Shown: one piece after another, positions 47,157-55,928 of the stretch
Position numbering within the stretch: the first letter of the stretch is position 1
Layout: every line of letters starts with the position of its first letter
Assembly (NCBI GenBank): GCA_043807585.1
Contig: JAZDFV010000001.1
Location: forward strand, 46,590 to 110,589
DNA from: Candidatus Jorgensenbacteria bacterium
GTDB taxonomy: Bacteria; Patescibacteriota; Minisyncoccia; UBA6257; GWB1-50-10
Direction of reading: 5' to 3'
DNA length: 64,000 nt
Notes under the pieces: generated by a model
What the model was told of the DNA's origin: nothing
The model's database searches: none
What the model saw: only the letters and a program-made list of their open reading frames with translations
Made by a program: the position numbers and the translations under genes

Positions 47157-47367
47157 GCGGGTATTATACCCGCCTCCGAGAAACTATATATAGTTTGTCA
47201 GAATGCCGCTATTTTATATAGTTTCCCCAACTAAAAAGAGTCATCCGGTTGATATGGGTTTTCGCCGCGGTTTGCTCCGGCATTACGTATGATCGGAGAA
47301 TTCGGTTTCCCCATTCTCCTCAAAAAGCAAAAAAGGCCACGATGGTGTGACCTTTTTGCCTGAATCT

Positions 47368-48297
47368 TTAGATTATGTGCCGGCTTACCTCTTCCCGGCG
47401 CACTTCCTTTTCACACCCCCAAGGGTACTGAGTCTCTCCCACCTTCCCCACCCACAGTATCCCCTTCTGTGGTGCTGAGTTCGATATCACAAACCCCTCG
47501 GGAAGGTTAATCCCGTAGAATACGAAGTCTCCTTCATACTCCACTTCTTCTTCCCATGTTCCCCCCTCCTTACGATACCCATCGCCACTGGGGTTAAAGC
47601 CTCGACCCCCCATCTCCTGCACTTTGTACCGCTTCTTTTCTCGTTTGATTTCATCAAACGAGACTTTCTCCTCTCTCCTCGTGGTCCTTGTGGTTTCCAC
47701 GAGGATGGAATTGGCTTGGGGATCGGCGCTTATAATCTTCCTCTTTACGTCGAGCCCGCCCCCTCCTACGTTGGTTGCTCCGAGGAGGTGCCAGTATACT
47801 TTTACCGCCACTGCCGAGTCGTAGAGCGGGTTGTGCGTCCCGCCCTCGAACTCGCCGACGGACAGTCCGTGCTTCTGCACGTACTTGTCAACTGACGTCG
47901 GGTCCCCACCGGCTTGCTGGAGATTTCCCGCCAGGTCAATGAGGGGGTACGGCCCATCAAAGTCACCAATGAGTCCTTGGTCGTGCATGTCTCGCAAGAG
48001 ACCTGCCTCGACCGGTACACCCATGTGGACGATGACGTCCGCATCGGCCTTGTTCGCCATATAGAACTTGGCGAAATCGGCCAAGAGAGCATCGTAGCTC
48101 TCATAGGTGACTGGGATTGTGGTCATCTGGGGGAGAACGTTCTTCTCTACCCAGTCATTGACCATGCCCTCAATGGGGCAACGGCCAACGAAACGAGCGA
48201 TCTCCATACCCCGCCCGTTGTAAACGAGCGCGCCGATGGCGAACGGCCGACCCCAGAGACCATTGGTCTCTGCGTCAAACGAGAATACCTTTTTCAT
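47368..48297 (-). CDS. DnaQ/DEDDh-like 3'-5' exonuclease fused to an unknown C-terminal domain
   Basis: FDAETNG, WV..NVLP, HNPLYD; GGGG linker. Confidence 0.7.
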   Translation of the reverse strand: MKKVFSFDAETNGLWGRPFAIGALVYNGRGMEIARFVGRCPIEGMVNDWVEKNVLPQMTTIPVTYESYDALLADFAKFYMANKADADVIVHMGVPVEAGLLRDMHDQGLIGDFDGPYPLIDLAGNLQQAGGDPTSVDKYVQKHGLSVGEFEGGTHNPLYDSAVAVKVYWHLLGATNVGGGGLDVKRKIISADPQANSILVETTRTTRREEKVSFDEIKREKKRYKVQEMGGRGFNPSGDGYRKEGGTWEEEVEYEGDFVFYGINLPEGFVISNSAPQKGILWVGKVGETQYPWGCEKEVRREEVSRHII

Positions 48298-48457
48298 ATT
48301 TCCTCCAAGCCCGTATTAGCACACGGCGCCGGTGGCGCAGATAAGCCCGTCGGTTTTCGACGACGCATCACTGCAGCCCAAGGGAGCGACGGAGGTTCGC
48401 TGGTTCCCGAGGATGCTCTTTCGAGCGGGGAAGATAAATTTCAATCTTCTAGCTTGA

Positions 48458-48519
48458 ATTATACACTATAATGTAAGGTTTGTCAAACGCTCAAAAACCC
48501 TTGTTTTACGAAGGTTTTT
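48458..48519 (-). promoter_or_regulatory. Sigma70 promoter module, copy 1
   Basis: TTGACA-17-TATAAT on the minus strand; upstream 40 bp nearly identical to 49301-49342. Confidence 0.8.
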
Positions 48520-48597
48520 CAGGGTGTTTCTGGTATTCATACCTAACATCCACGAATAATTTCCGCCCGTGTTTTCTGAAACAACTCTCGTTTTTAA

Positions 48598-48645
48598 TCC
48601 CGCGCCCATTACAAGAACCTTTTTGTTTCTAAAGAAATCCTCCAT
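48598..48645 (-). pseudogene. Relic of a murD 5' end
   Basis: MEDFFRNKKVLVMGAG versus MurD MRAGEFKDKKVLVMGLG. Confidence 0.75.
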
Positions 48646-48738
48646 GGTTCAATTATGGGTGTAAATCCGTTTTCTCTCAAATTTTTGGAAATAAAAATGA
48701 GCCAGTTTAAAGAAAAGACATGGCTCGGGTCTTAGTTT

Positions 48739-49176
48739 TTATTCCTCTTTGACGAGGCTGGAGAGAAAGGTCGACACCTTTCCTGTCGCGCTGTCCCACC
48801 GAATCTGGACAGTGGTTTTTTCGTCAAAAACCCTATCAGGGCTTTTGACCGACAGAACGTGGGGCAGGTCGATCTCTACCCACCTGCTTTCCGTCCACGT
48901 TCCATTCCATCGGAACGTCCCCAACTCCGTCTTACCCTTTTTTATCTGGATGTCTGGGCCCTGCAGATACGACCCTGGCATCCCATTTTCGCGGTGGAAC
49001 GAACAAAACGCGGGAAGTGCCCGAAGCGTAACCTCCGCGAGTGGATTACTTTTTATCCACTCAGCCATCCCGTGATCATTTGCCTCGCTTGATGAGACAA
49101 GGGAAAGAATTATCCCCATTGCCCCTTTCAAGGAGATTACCGCTTCTCCAGCTGCGGTTTCAAAAAGCCGTGTCAT
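48739..49176 (-). CDS. Hypothetical accessory protein
   Basis: GGAGG SD, own promoter and terminator. Confidence 0.7.
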   Translation of the reverse strand: MTRLFETAAGEAVISLKGAMGIILSLVSSSEANDHGMAEWIKSNPLAEVTLRALPAFCSFHRENGMPGSYLQGPDIQIKKGKTELGTFRWNGTWTESRWVEIDLPHVLSVKSPDRVFDEKTTVQIRWDSATGKVSTFLSSLVKEE

Positions 49177-49280
49177 AAAACCTCCGTAACGAAAATGGTA
49201 GATTCTTCGCCGCTCTTAATGAGCTGGCAATCCCTCTGATGAAGATCAGGGCCAAAAATTCATGTTCAGTTTCTAAGTAT

Positions 49281-49342
49281 ATTATACACCCAATATACGA
49301 GTTTGTCAAACACTCAAAGACCCTTGTTTTACGAAGGTTTTT
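49281..49342 (-). promoter_or_regulatory. Sigma70 promoter module, copy 2
   Basis: TTGACA-17-TATAAT on the minus strand. Confidence 0.8.
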
Positions 49343-49383
49343 GGCGCTACTTCTTATTCATCTGTTCCACTATAATGTAGCGT

Positions 49384-49911
49384 ATGGAACACATTGATGT
49401 TCTGGATGAATGCGGCGCTCCGACCGGAGCGACGAAACTGCGCGACGAAGTTCACCGCGACGGCGATTGGCACCGCGCCGTGCACGTGTGGGTGGTGAAC
49501 AGCCGCGGAGAGGTGTTGCTCCAGAAACGCTCGGCCACGATAGATCTCTTTCGAAACCTTTGGGATATTTCGCTTGTGGGGCATATGCGGTCGGGTGAGA
49601 AAAGCGCCGATGCGGCGCTGCGGGAACTCAAAGAGGAGCTTGGTATTACCGTGGAAGAGCACGAACTGCAGTTTGTCGCCGCGATACCATCGCAACTCAA
49701 AGACGGGATGCTTCGCGACAATCAGTTCAGCGACATCTATCTCCTCCGCCGCGACGTTGATATTGAAAAACTAGAAAAGCAGAAAGAGGAAGTGGCCGAA
49801 ATCACGTTCATGCCGCTTCAAGAGCTCCAGACGCTGGTACGTAAAAACGCCGGACGTTTCGTTCCCCGCACCAAGGAATACGAGGAAATGTTTCGCCTCC
49901 TCGCGCGATAA
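49384..49911 (+). CDS. NUDIX hydrolase (IDI-like subfamily)
   Basis: HRAVHVW, LLQKRS, GH...GE....AA.REL.EELG. Confidence 0.9.
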   Translation: MEHIDVLDECGAPTGATKLRDEVHRDGDWHRAVHVWVVNSRGEVLLQKRSATIDLFRNLWDISLVGHMRSGEKSADAALRELKEELGITVEEHELQFVAAIPSQLKDGMLRDNQFSDIYLLRRDVDIEKLEKQKEEVAEITFMPLQELQTLVRKNAGRFVPRTKEYEEMFRLLAR

Positions 49912-50034
49912 CCGCCATCGTTGCTGTTCAGTTCATAAACAAAAACAGCCCGGAGGGGCCTTTTTTGTTCTATTTAATTTATATCACTTTCAACGATCGT
50001 TGAAAGTGATATACTTTCCATTCCTCACAATTTC

Positions 50035-51345
50035 TCACTCCGCTCCTGCAGCTTTCTCTTCCGTTTTTTCTTTCTCTGCTTCTGTTTCTTCCGGCGTTTC
50101 CTTAGTTGCCCCGCCCTCGGGGCTCACGGCGATGCCGCCCTCCTGTACCTCCTCGGGGCGGGATTGCGAGCGGACGTCGATCTTCCATCCGGTGAGCTTC
50201 GCGGCGAGTCGGACATTCTGGCCGCCCTTACCGATGGCCAAGGAGAGCTGGTCCTCGGCGACGAGCACCTTCGCCTCGCGCCGCGGCATGATCTCCGTGA
50301 GCTTCGCCTTGGCGGGGGAGAGGGCGTTCCCGATGTACTTCTCCTGCTCCTCGGCCCACTCGATGATGTCAACTTTTTCGTTGCCCAGTTCGTTCGTGAC
50401 CGCCATTACGCGTGTGCCGCGCTGGCCTACCGCGGCCCCAACCGGGTCCACCCCCTCGGCGCGGGAGGCGACCGCCACCTTCGTGCGGCTCCCCGGCTCG
50501 CGGGCAATACCCTTGATCTCCACGGTGCCGTCGGCGATCTCCGGCACCTCCATCTCGAACAGTTTTTTCACGAAGTTCGGGTGGGAGCGGGAGAGGATGA
50601 TGCCGGGGCGGCGCGGGTCGTCCTGCACCGCGAGGACGTAGAAGCGGAGGCGCTCCCCGATTCGGTAGTGCTCGCCGGGAATGCTCTCCATGCCGAACAT
50701 GACTCCCACTGCGCGGCCGATGTCCACGTACACGTTGCCGCGGTCAAAGCGCTGGACGATGCCGCTCACGATGGCGCCTTCCTTGTCTGCAAATTCCTTG
50801 CGGATGGAGGCGCGCTCCGCCTCGCGGATGTTCTGGAGAATGACCTGTTTTGCGGTCTGCGCGGCGATGCGCCCGAAATCCTCGTGGGTCTCAAGCGGGA
50901 ATTCCATCTCTTCGCCGGGGGCGGCGTCGGACTTGAGCTCTAGTGCCTCTTCAAGGAAGATGTGGCGGTCCGGATTGTAGCGGGGGAGCGATTCTTCTTC
51001 CTCACTTACTATAGCCTTAGCGGAGGCGGGTTCATGTTGTTCTGATTTCTCACGTTTCTCGCCCCCATCCAGTTTCTCCACCGCTTCCGCTTCCGGTTCC
51101 ACGATGCGGACCTCGGATGGATCCACCACCGTTTTCACCTGGGAGAACACCATCTCGCCACTTTTCAAATCGAACCTGCACTTCACGATCTCGGAGCGTT
51201 TGCGGTACTCGCGCTTGTACGCCGCGGCGATTGCGGCCTCGATGGCGCCCAAAACCTGCTCGGGTTGTATACCCTTCTCCGCGGCTATCTGTTCCGCCGC
51301 ACCGGCGAGGGCCTTGAGATCTATGTGCATCCTTTTAGTAAACAT
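50035..51345 (-). CDS. nusA: Transcription factor NusA
   Basis: FGRIAAQTAKQVI, AREPGSRTKVAV, SLAIGKGGQNVRLAAKLTGWKID. Confidence 0.97.
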   Translation of the reverse strand: MFTKRMHIDLKALAGAAEQIAAEKGIQPEQVLGAIEAAIAAAYKREYRKRSEIVKCRFDLKSGEMVFSQVKTVVDPSEVRIVEPEAEAVEKLDGGEKREKSEQHEPASAKAIVSEEEESLPRYNPDRHIFLEEALELKSDAAPGEEMEFPLETHEDFGRIAAQTAKQVILQNIREAERASIRKEFADKEGAIVSGIVQRFDRGNVYVDIGRAVGVMFGMESIPGEHYRIGERLRFYVLAVQDDPRRPGIILSRSHPNFVKKLFEMEVPEIADGTVEIKGIAREPGSRTKVAVASRAEGVDPVGAAVGQRGTRVMAVTNELGNEKVDIIEWAEEQEKYIGNALSPAKAKLTEIMPRREAKVLVAEDQLSLAIGKGGQNVRLAAKLTGWKIDVRSQSRPEEVQEGGIAVSPEGGATKETPEETEAEKEKTEEKAAGAE

Positions 51346-51477
51346 CCGCTCCTCTCTGGAGCGGCTGTCAATGGGGGAAGTATAGCATAATGCGTATGCT
51401 CGTCAATCGCTTCGCCAGTTGATGCATAAAAGAGCAGCCCTCACATCTTTTTTGACGCGAGGGCTTTTTCTCTATTT

Positions 51478-51966
51478 TCAGCGGAGCAGTATTCCATGCT
51501 CCACCAAATATTTCTGGAGGGCTCGCTCGTGCTTTTCGAGCACAAGTCCGGAGTTTAAAAGCCCCACCAGTTGCCGCTCATTGAAGATCGCGGCGTTGTG
51601 GACTCCGGTAATACCGGGGCTGAACCTGAGGCGCTTTAAAAGATCAGAGTCGGACGGTTCGCTGTGAGCGAACACGACAAACTCATGGACATTCGGACCT
51701 TCCACGAGGTCAGTGCTGAAAAGTTCGTCGGACGAAATTTTCAGTGAAACTCCGAGTTCCTCCTCCAACTCCCGGCGTGCCGTCTCGTTCCACAATTCTT
51801 TTTTCTTTTTTTTCCCGCCAGGGATTTTCCAGAAATTTGGTCCCGTATCCCCATCTTGAATGAGGAGAACTTTTACATGGCGTGGGATATTTTCTTCCGC
51901 GGTATCAATGATGGCGAACACCGCAGCGTCCTTGGGGTGAATAGACACCTCTTCCCTAGTTTTCAT
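51478..51966 (-). CDS. NUDIX hydrolase (accessory)
   Basis: WKIPGG.......ETARRELEEELG; own TTGACA promoter and GGAGG SD. Confidence 0.85.
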   Translation of the reverse strand: MKTREEVSIHPKDAAVFAIIDTAEENIPRHVKVLLIQDGDTGPNFWKIPGGKKKKKELWNETARRELEEELGVSLKISSDELFSTDLVEGPNVHEFVVFAHSEPSDSDLLKRLRFSPGITGVHNAAIFNERQLVGLLNSGLVLEKHERALQKYLVEHGILLR

Positions 51967-52109
51967 ATCAACCTCCAGAAAAATGAACGATGTCAATCTA
52001 GCGTTACTGGGTAAAATCCTATCACAAATGTTCTATTCTGTCAAACCCCTGCCTTCGGCAGACAGGCCCACACCCATACATAGGTGTGGGGGTCAGATAA
52101 CAGGCATGG

Positions 52110-52136
52110 TCAGAGGTTCAGATTCCCGTCCACAGG
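52110..52136 (-). pseudogene. Relic of a tsaD 3' end
   Basis: PVDGNLNL-stop versus TsaD VANGNLNL-stop. Confidence 0.7.
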
Positions 52137-52174
52137 GAATAGCTTGACTTTTTATTGCCTATATGCTACGATGC

Positions 52175-52427
52175 AAACAGATTATAAAAGGGGCATTCAG
52201 CCCTCGATGTTGAAAACCAAATATGTGAATAGCGGTGAGATTCACCAGCAACGCAGTGAGAGCAATAAAGCATCAATATTGTTCCTGGTGCGCTGCTGGT
52301 GAGGGAAATAAATGGATCCTTGCCAACCCGTCACATGTCTGCGGCTCGGCAGCGGCTCGGACAGTCGCCTGATAAGAACAGGCGATGACCCAATCGGCCG
52401 ATAAGAACGGCTGAAAGGAGAAACACT
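52175..52427 (+). promoter_or_regulatory. Long structured 5' leader with twin ATAAGAA-loop hairpins
   Basis: TTGACT/TACGAT promoter at about 52144; hairpins at 52365-52385 and 52394-52414. Confidence 0.6.
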
Positions 52428-52982
52428 ATGTCACCTCAAAAATCGCTGAGGATAGCGCGAATAACGCGCATATTGGAAAGGGTGCGGGATTTTGGGCCGG
52501 CTTTCCTCATACTGCCGCTCTTTCTCCTGTTCGCTCTCGATTTAGCATTTCTTGCTTGGAACGCAGGGATTGAAACGGTCATCAGGCCCTCTGGGGCGGC
52601 GACCCTAGACCTGGGCGCTTCGATTATTCGGGCAGTGGCATTTCTCGCGGCAGAGGTATTCATAATACTCAGCTCTCTATATCTTGCAGTTCAATGCAGC
52701 ACGAAACTTCTTCCTGACCCCATCATCAATGTGATTCAGTTCTTGATTCTCTGCAGGTCTTATCCATTGAGTGCTAAGGATCGGATGGGGGTGGCAAGAG
52801 CTGCGGTGTCCGCTCTCGCGGCACGCTTCGTCAGTATGTCGGATGAGAAAGCTGGTATCAGCAAGCGCGATGATCCAGAACTTAGTGCCGCCTGCGAATT
52901 GCTTTGGCGGGCCGTGAAATATGCCAAGGAAAATGGGTGCCCGATTCAGGGGGAGAGTGCGAGAGATTTTGTCATCTCGTAG
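52428..52982 (+). CDS. Accessory membrane protein (2 TM plus helical domain)
   Basis: AAGGAG SD; terminator at 52998-53036. Confidence 0.75.
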   Translation: MSPQKSLRIARITRILERVRDFGPAFLILPLFLLFALDLAFLAWNAGIETVIRPSGAATLDLGASIIRAVAFLAAEVFIILSSLYLAVQCSTKLLPDPIINVIQFLILCRSYPLSAKDRMGVARAAVSALAARFVSMSDEKAGISKRDDPELSAACELLWRAVKYAKENGCPIQGESARDFVIS

Positions 52983-53034
52983 TAGAATCAGTTAGAGCGC
53001 CCGGCAGAAATTCATTCTGCTGGGCGTGTTGTTT

Positions 53035-54129
53035 TTACAAATTCAGATTCCCGTTCGCAACTAAGGGAAGTTTTTCCTTGCGGAGGTAGGCGATGTAGCC
53101 GGCGGCACCGATGATGGCGGCATTGTCGGTGTTCAGGTTCATAGGGGGAGCGAAGAAATCGACAGACAACTTACGACTAACGACTAACAACTCTTCGCGG
53201 AGCGCGGAGTTTGCCGCGACGCCGCCCGAGAGCATGATGGACCTGGCTTTATATTCCCGCGCCGCGCGTTCCGTTTTCGCAGCGAGGACGTCAATTGCGG
53301 CTTGCTGGAAACTTGCGGCGATATTCGCTGCGAACGCGGATTTATGCGGATTTTTTACTGATTTATGCGGACATTTATTGTCGCGGAGGTAGTAGAGTAC
53401 CGAGGTTTTGAGTCCGGAAAAGCTGAAATCATAGTTCTTCGAGTGGAGCATCGGGCGGGGGAATGGGATGGCGGCGGGATTGCCCTGCGCGGCGAGCTTC
53501 TCGATCTCTGGGCCACCTGGGTAGGGGAGCTCGAGGAGCCGTGCCACTTTGTCGAACGCCTCGCCCACCGCGTCGTCGCGGGTCTCGCCGAGTTTTTTCA
53601 TTTTAGTAAGCGAATCCATCTTGAGCAGGATGGTGTGTCCCCCGGAAACGATGAGGGCTACTGCTGGAAAAAGTTTAGAAATTAGAAATTTGGAATTAGA
53701 AATTCCAGTTTTCTCCGAAAGGAGAAAACTGTACAGGTGTCCCTCCAGGTGGTTCACGCCGATGAGTTTCAGCTTTGAGCTTCTAGGTTTTAGCCTTAAG
53801 CAAATCTCTTGGGCAAAATTCACGCCTGTCCAGAGCGCGGGTTCCAGGCCTGGGCCAACGGTAACGGCGATGAGGTCAGGGATAAATTTCGAATTTCGGA
53901 TTTCGGATTTCGAATTTGCAAAAACCTTCCGATAAAGTATCGGAAGGTTTTTGAGGTGCTCCCGCTTCGCGAGGTTTGGCACCACGCCGCCGAACGGGCG
54001 ATGGATTGCAATCTGCGAGGAGACGAGGTTTTCGAGAATTTTAAACCGCGGGGCGCGGAGACCCCCCTGCGCCTCAAGGAGTGCAATCGCGGTTTCGTCA
54101 CACGATGTTTCTATCGCGAGAACGCGCAT
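53035..54129 (-). CDS. tsaD: tRNA t6A37 threonylcarbamoyltransferase TsaD with several short in-frame insertions
   Basis: LAIETSCDET, GPGL, HLEGH, SGGHT, DDAVGEAFDK, FSFSGLKT, GGVAAN, TDNAA; start is the ATG at 54129. Confidence 0.96.
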   Translation of the reverse strand: MRVLAIETSCDETAIALLEAQGGLRAPRFKILENLVSSQIAIHRPFGGVVPNLAKREHLKNLPILYRKVFANSKSEIRNSKFIPDLIAVTVGPGLEPALWTGVNFAQEICLRLKPRSSKLKLIGVNHLEGHLYSFLLSEKTGISNSKFLISKLFPAVALIVSGGHTILLKMDSLTKMKKLGETRDDAVGEAFDKVARLLELPYPGGPEIEKLAAQGNPAAIPFPRPMLHSKNYDFSFSGLKTSVLYYLRDNKCPHKSVKNPHKSAFAANIAASFQQAAIDVLAAKTERAAREYKARSIMLSGGVAANSALREELLVVSRKLSVDFFAPPMNLNTDNAAIIGAAGYIAYLRKEKLPLVANGNLNL

Positions 54130-54248
54130 ATGTTTTGGTTTATTGTACTGGTACGGCCGTGATTTGACAAAGGTGTCTTGTTGTGATAGAAAAGATACAG
54201 CGTACAAATCACGTTTTTGTTCAATTAACAATCTGGAAAGGGATGCAT

Positions 54249-54731
54249 ATGAAAACGTCACGAGTGATTCGTTTTTTTGCCTCCGTGGCATTCGGGGTCA
54301 TCTGTGTGTTGTTGTTTTGGAACGCGGGACCGACCATGCTTCTCATTGGGTTCCTCGCTCTACTCGCCTTTATCATTGGGGCATTGCTTCTTTTGGAGGG
54401 GGCGAGTTCAAATCAACAGCGCAATGTTTTGAAGGTTGGATTGCTTCTTCTCATGACCGCAATCGGGGTAATTATCGGCTGGACGAATATCGGATTCGTC
54501 TTCGTTTACGGCATCGGGTGCATCGGTACTGGGTTTTTGTTTCTTGTGCTTGCGCTTCGGTTCTATCCGCGTCGGGAGACGGCAGAACGCTTTCTCGAGG
54601 GCACTCTGCGTGCCATTCTTTATCTTTTGGTACTCCTTTTAGGACGCGGGAGAAATGAGCCGACGGAGGAAAAGGTCAGGAATCTTGCATCCCATATCAG
54701 AATGCGTCTCCGCGAAAATCTGTTCACATGA
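54249..54731 (+). CDS. Accessory polytopic membrane protein
   Basis: About 4-5 TMs; TTGACA promoter at 54163. Confidence 0.7.
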   Translation: MKTSRVIRFFASVAFGVICVLLFWNAGPTMLLIGFLALLAFIIGALLLLEGASSNQQRNVLKVGLLLLMTAIGVIIGWTNIGFVFVYGIGCIGTGFLFLVLALRFYPRRETAERFLEGTLRAILYLLVLLLGRGRNEPTEEKVRNLASHIRMRLRENLFT

Positions 54732-54863
54732 GACGAACCATAGTGTGCCCGCTCCTCTCCAGGGAACGGGCACTTTGTATTTTTCCACCGCATTTGACAG
54801 CGCGTCTGCTTCCCCGTACCTTTATTCGCAGAACGTTTGTTCCACATTCGGAGAGGAGGAGCC

Positions 54864-55055
54864 ATGGAACGGCTCTTGAACATGCTTGCGGCAATGGGGC
54901 AGATGACTTTCGGGCTTGTGGGTTTCCTGATCGTGATGGTTGGTTCCATCTTGATCGGTACGCTCCCGACGCTGTATTTTCTCGCTGTCATCCGCTTCTA
55001 CCACACGCGCGCCGTGGTGCAGGTGCGCATCAAACCAGGCCCGTTCTCGCGATAA
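54864..55055 (+). CDS. Small membrane protein
   Basis: Strong GGAGGAGG SD, TTGACA promoter at about 54794, terminator hairpin at the 3' end. Confidence 0.55.
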   Translation: MERLLNMLAAMGQMTFGLVGFLIVMVGSILIGTLPTLYFLAVIRFYHTRAVVQVRIKPGPFSR

Positions 55056-55166
55056 TCGTGAGAACGGGCGCTTTCTTTTTTTGGCAGCGGGAGGGTATAC
55101 TAACTTCTGGCAATTGGAAAGGTCGTCCCGATTTTGTATGAGCGAAGCGAATTTACAAAAGCGAGG

Positions 55167-55248
55167 ACCGAGCACATAAGGCATTTACTATGAATGTTTC
55201 AAGGGAACAAAAACCAACCGTTTTCCGAAAGAACCTTATGTGCTCGGT
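55167..55248. repeat. Element with 15-bp inverted termini ACCGAGCACATAAGG/CCTTATGTGCTCGGT
   Basis: Perfect TIR with an AT-rich interior. Confidence 0.7.
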
Positions 55249-55310
55249 GCTCAATCTTAAACTAAATTTTATTCGCCGCAGATCGGCTCTAAAATTCAAA
55301 TAAAATTGGC

Positions 55311-55718
55311 ATGATCCAACCACTTTTCGTGTTCTACGATTGGGGGCTCCTCGCTCTCCGGGTGATTCTCGGGGTCATCCTCGTCGTCCACGGATTTCCA
55401 AAGCTGAAGAATCTCAAGGTGGCGGGAGGGGGGTTTGCGGCGATGGGGTTTCGGCCCGGCGTGTTCTGGGCGGTGGTCGTCGGTGTCGTGGAGTTCGTGG
55501 GCGGGCTCATGCTCATCGCAGGGTTCTTGACCCAGCTCGTGGCGCTCCTCGTGTTTCTCCAGTTCCTTGTCGTCATCTTCAAGGTGAAGCGGGGGAAGGG
55601 TTTCACGGGGGAATACGAATTCGATCTCTTGATTGCGGCAGCGGCGCTCCTTCTCATGACCACCGGCGGGGGCTTTTGGAGCATTGAGCAGGCGAACGGA
55701 ACGTTCCTGCTATACTGA
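55311..55718 (+). CDS. DoxX family membrane protein
   Basis: LRVILG...VHG..KL, E..GG, G.E motif. Confidence 0.9.
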   Translation: MIQPLFVFYDWGLLALRVILGVILVVHGFPKLKNLKVAGGGFAAMGFRPGVFWAVVVGVVEFVGGLMLIAGFLTQLVALLVFLQFLVVIFKVKRGKGFTGEYEFDLLIAAAALLLMTTGGGFWSIEQANGTFLLY

Positions 55719-55760
55719 AGGGCTTGGTCCCCGACGCTACGTCGGGGTTACCAAGCCCTT

Positions 55761-55869
55761 CACCCCGTTAGATAGCGGTAACAATATGAAACTTCAGTAC
55801 AAAAATGAAAAACTACAAACCATCACCACTGAGCCACCTCGCGTGGATTTGTACGCATCTAACGGGGTG
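55761..55869. mobile_element. CCCGTTAGA-family element
   Basis: CACCCCGTTAGAT...ATCTAACGGGGTG. Confidence 0.7.
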
Positions 55870-55928
55870 CTCGGTTTTATAGCTAAATTTCCGGCGCTTG
55901 CTCGCTTGGAAATTTAGATAAAAACAGC

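Noticed and set aside
55050-55072. Possible tsaD 5' relic (ATCGTGAGAACGGGC versus ATCGCGAGAACGCGC)
   Set aside because: Only 15 bp long and fully explained as the right arm of a terminator hairpin.
8439-55869. Integron attC sites (GTTAGA/TCTAAC resemble GTTRRRY/RYYYAAC)
   Set aside because: The motifs face the opposite way to attC, are dispersed rather than arrayed behind ORFs, and the recombinase looks like plain Xer without the IntI-specific insertion.
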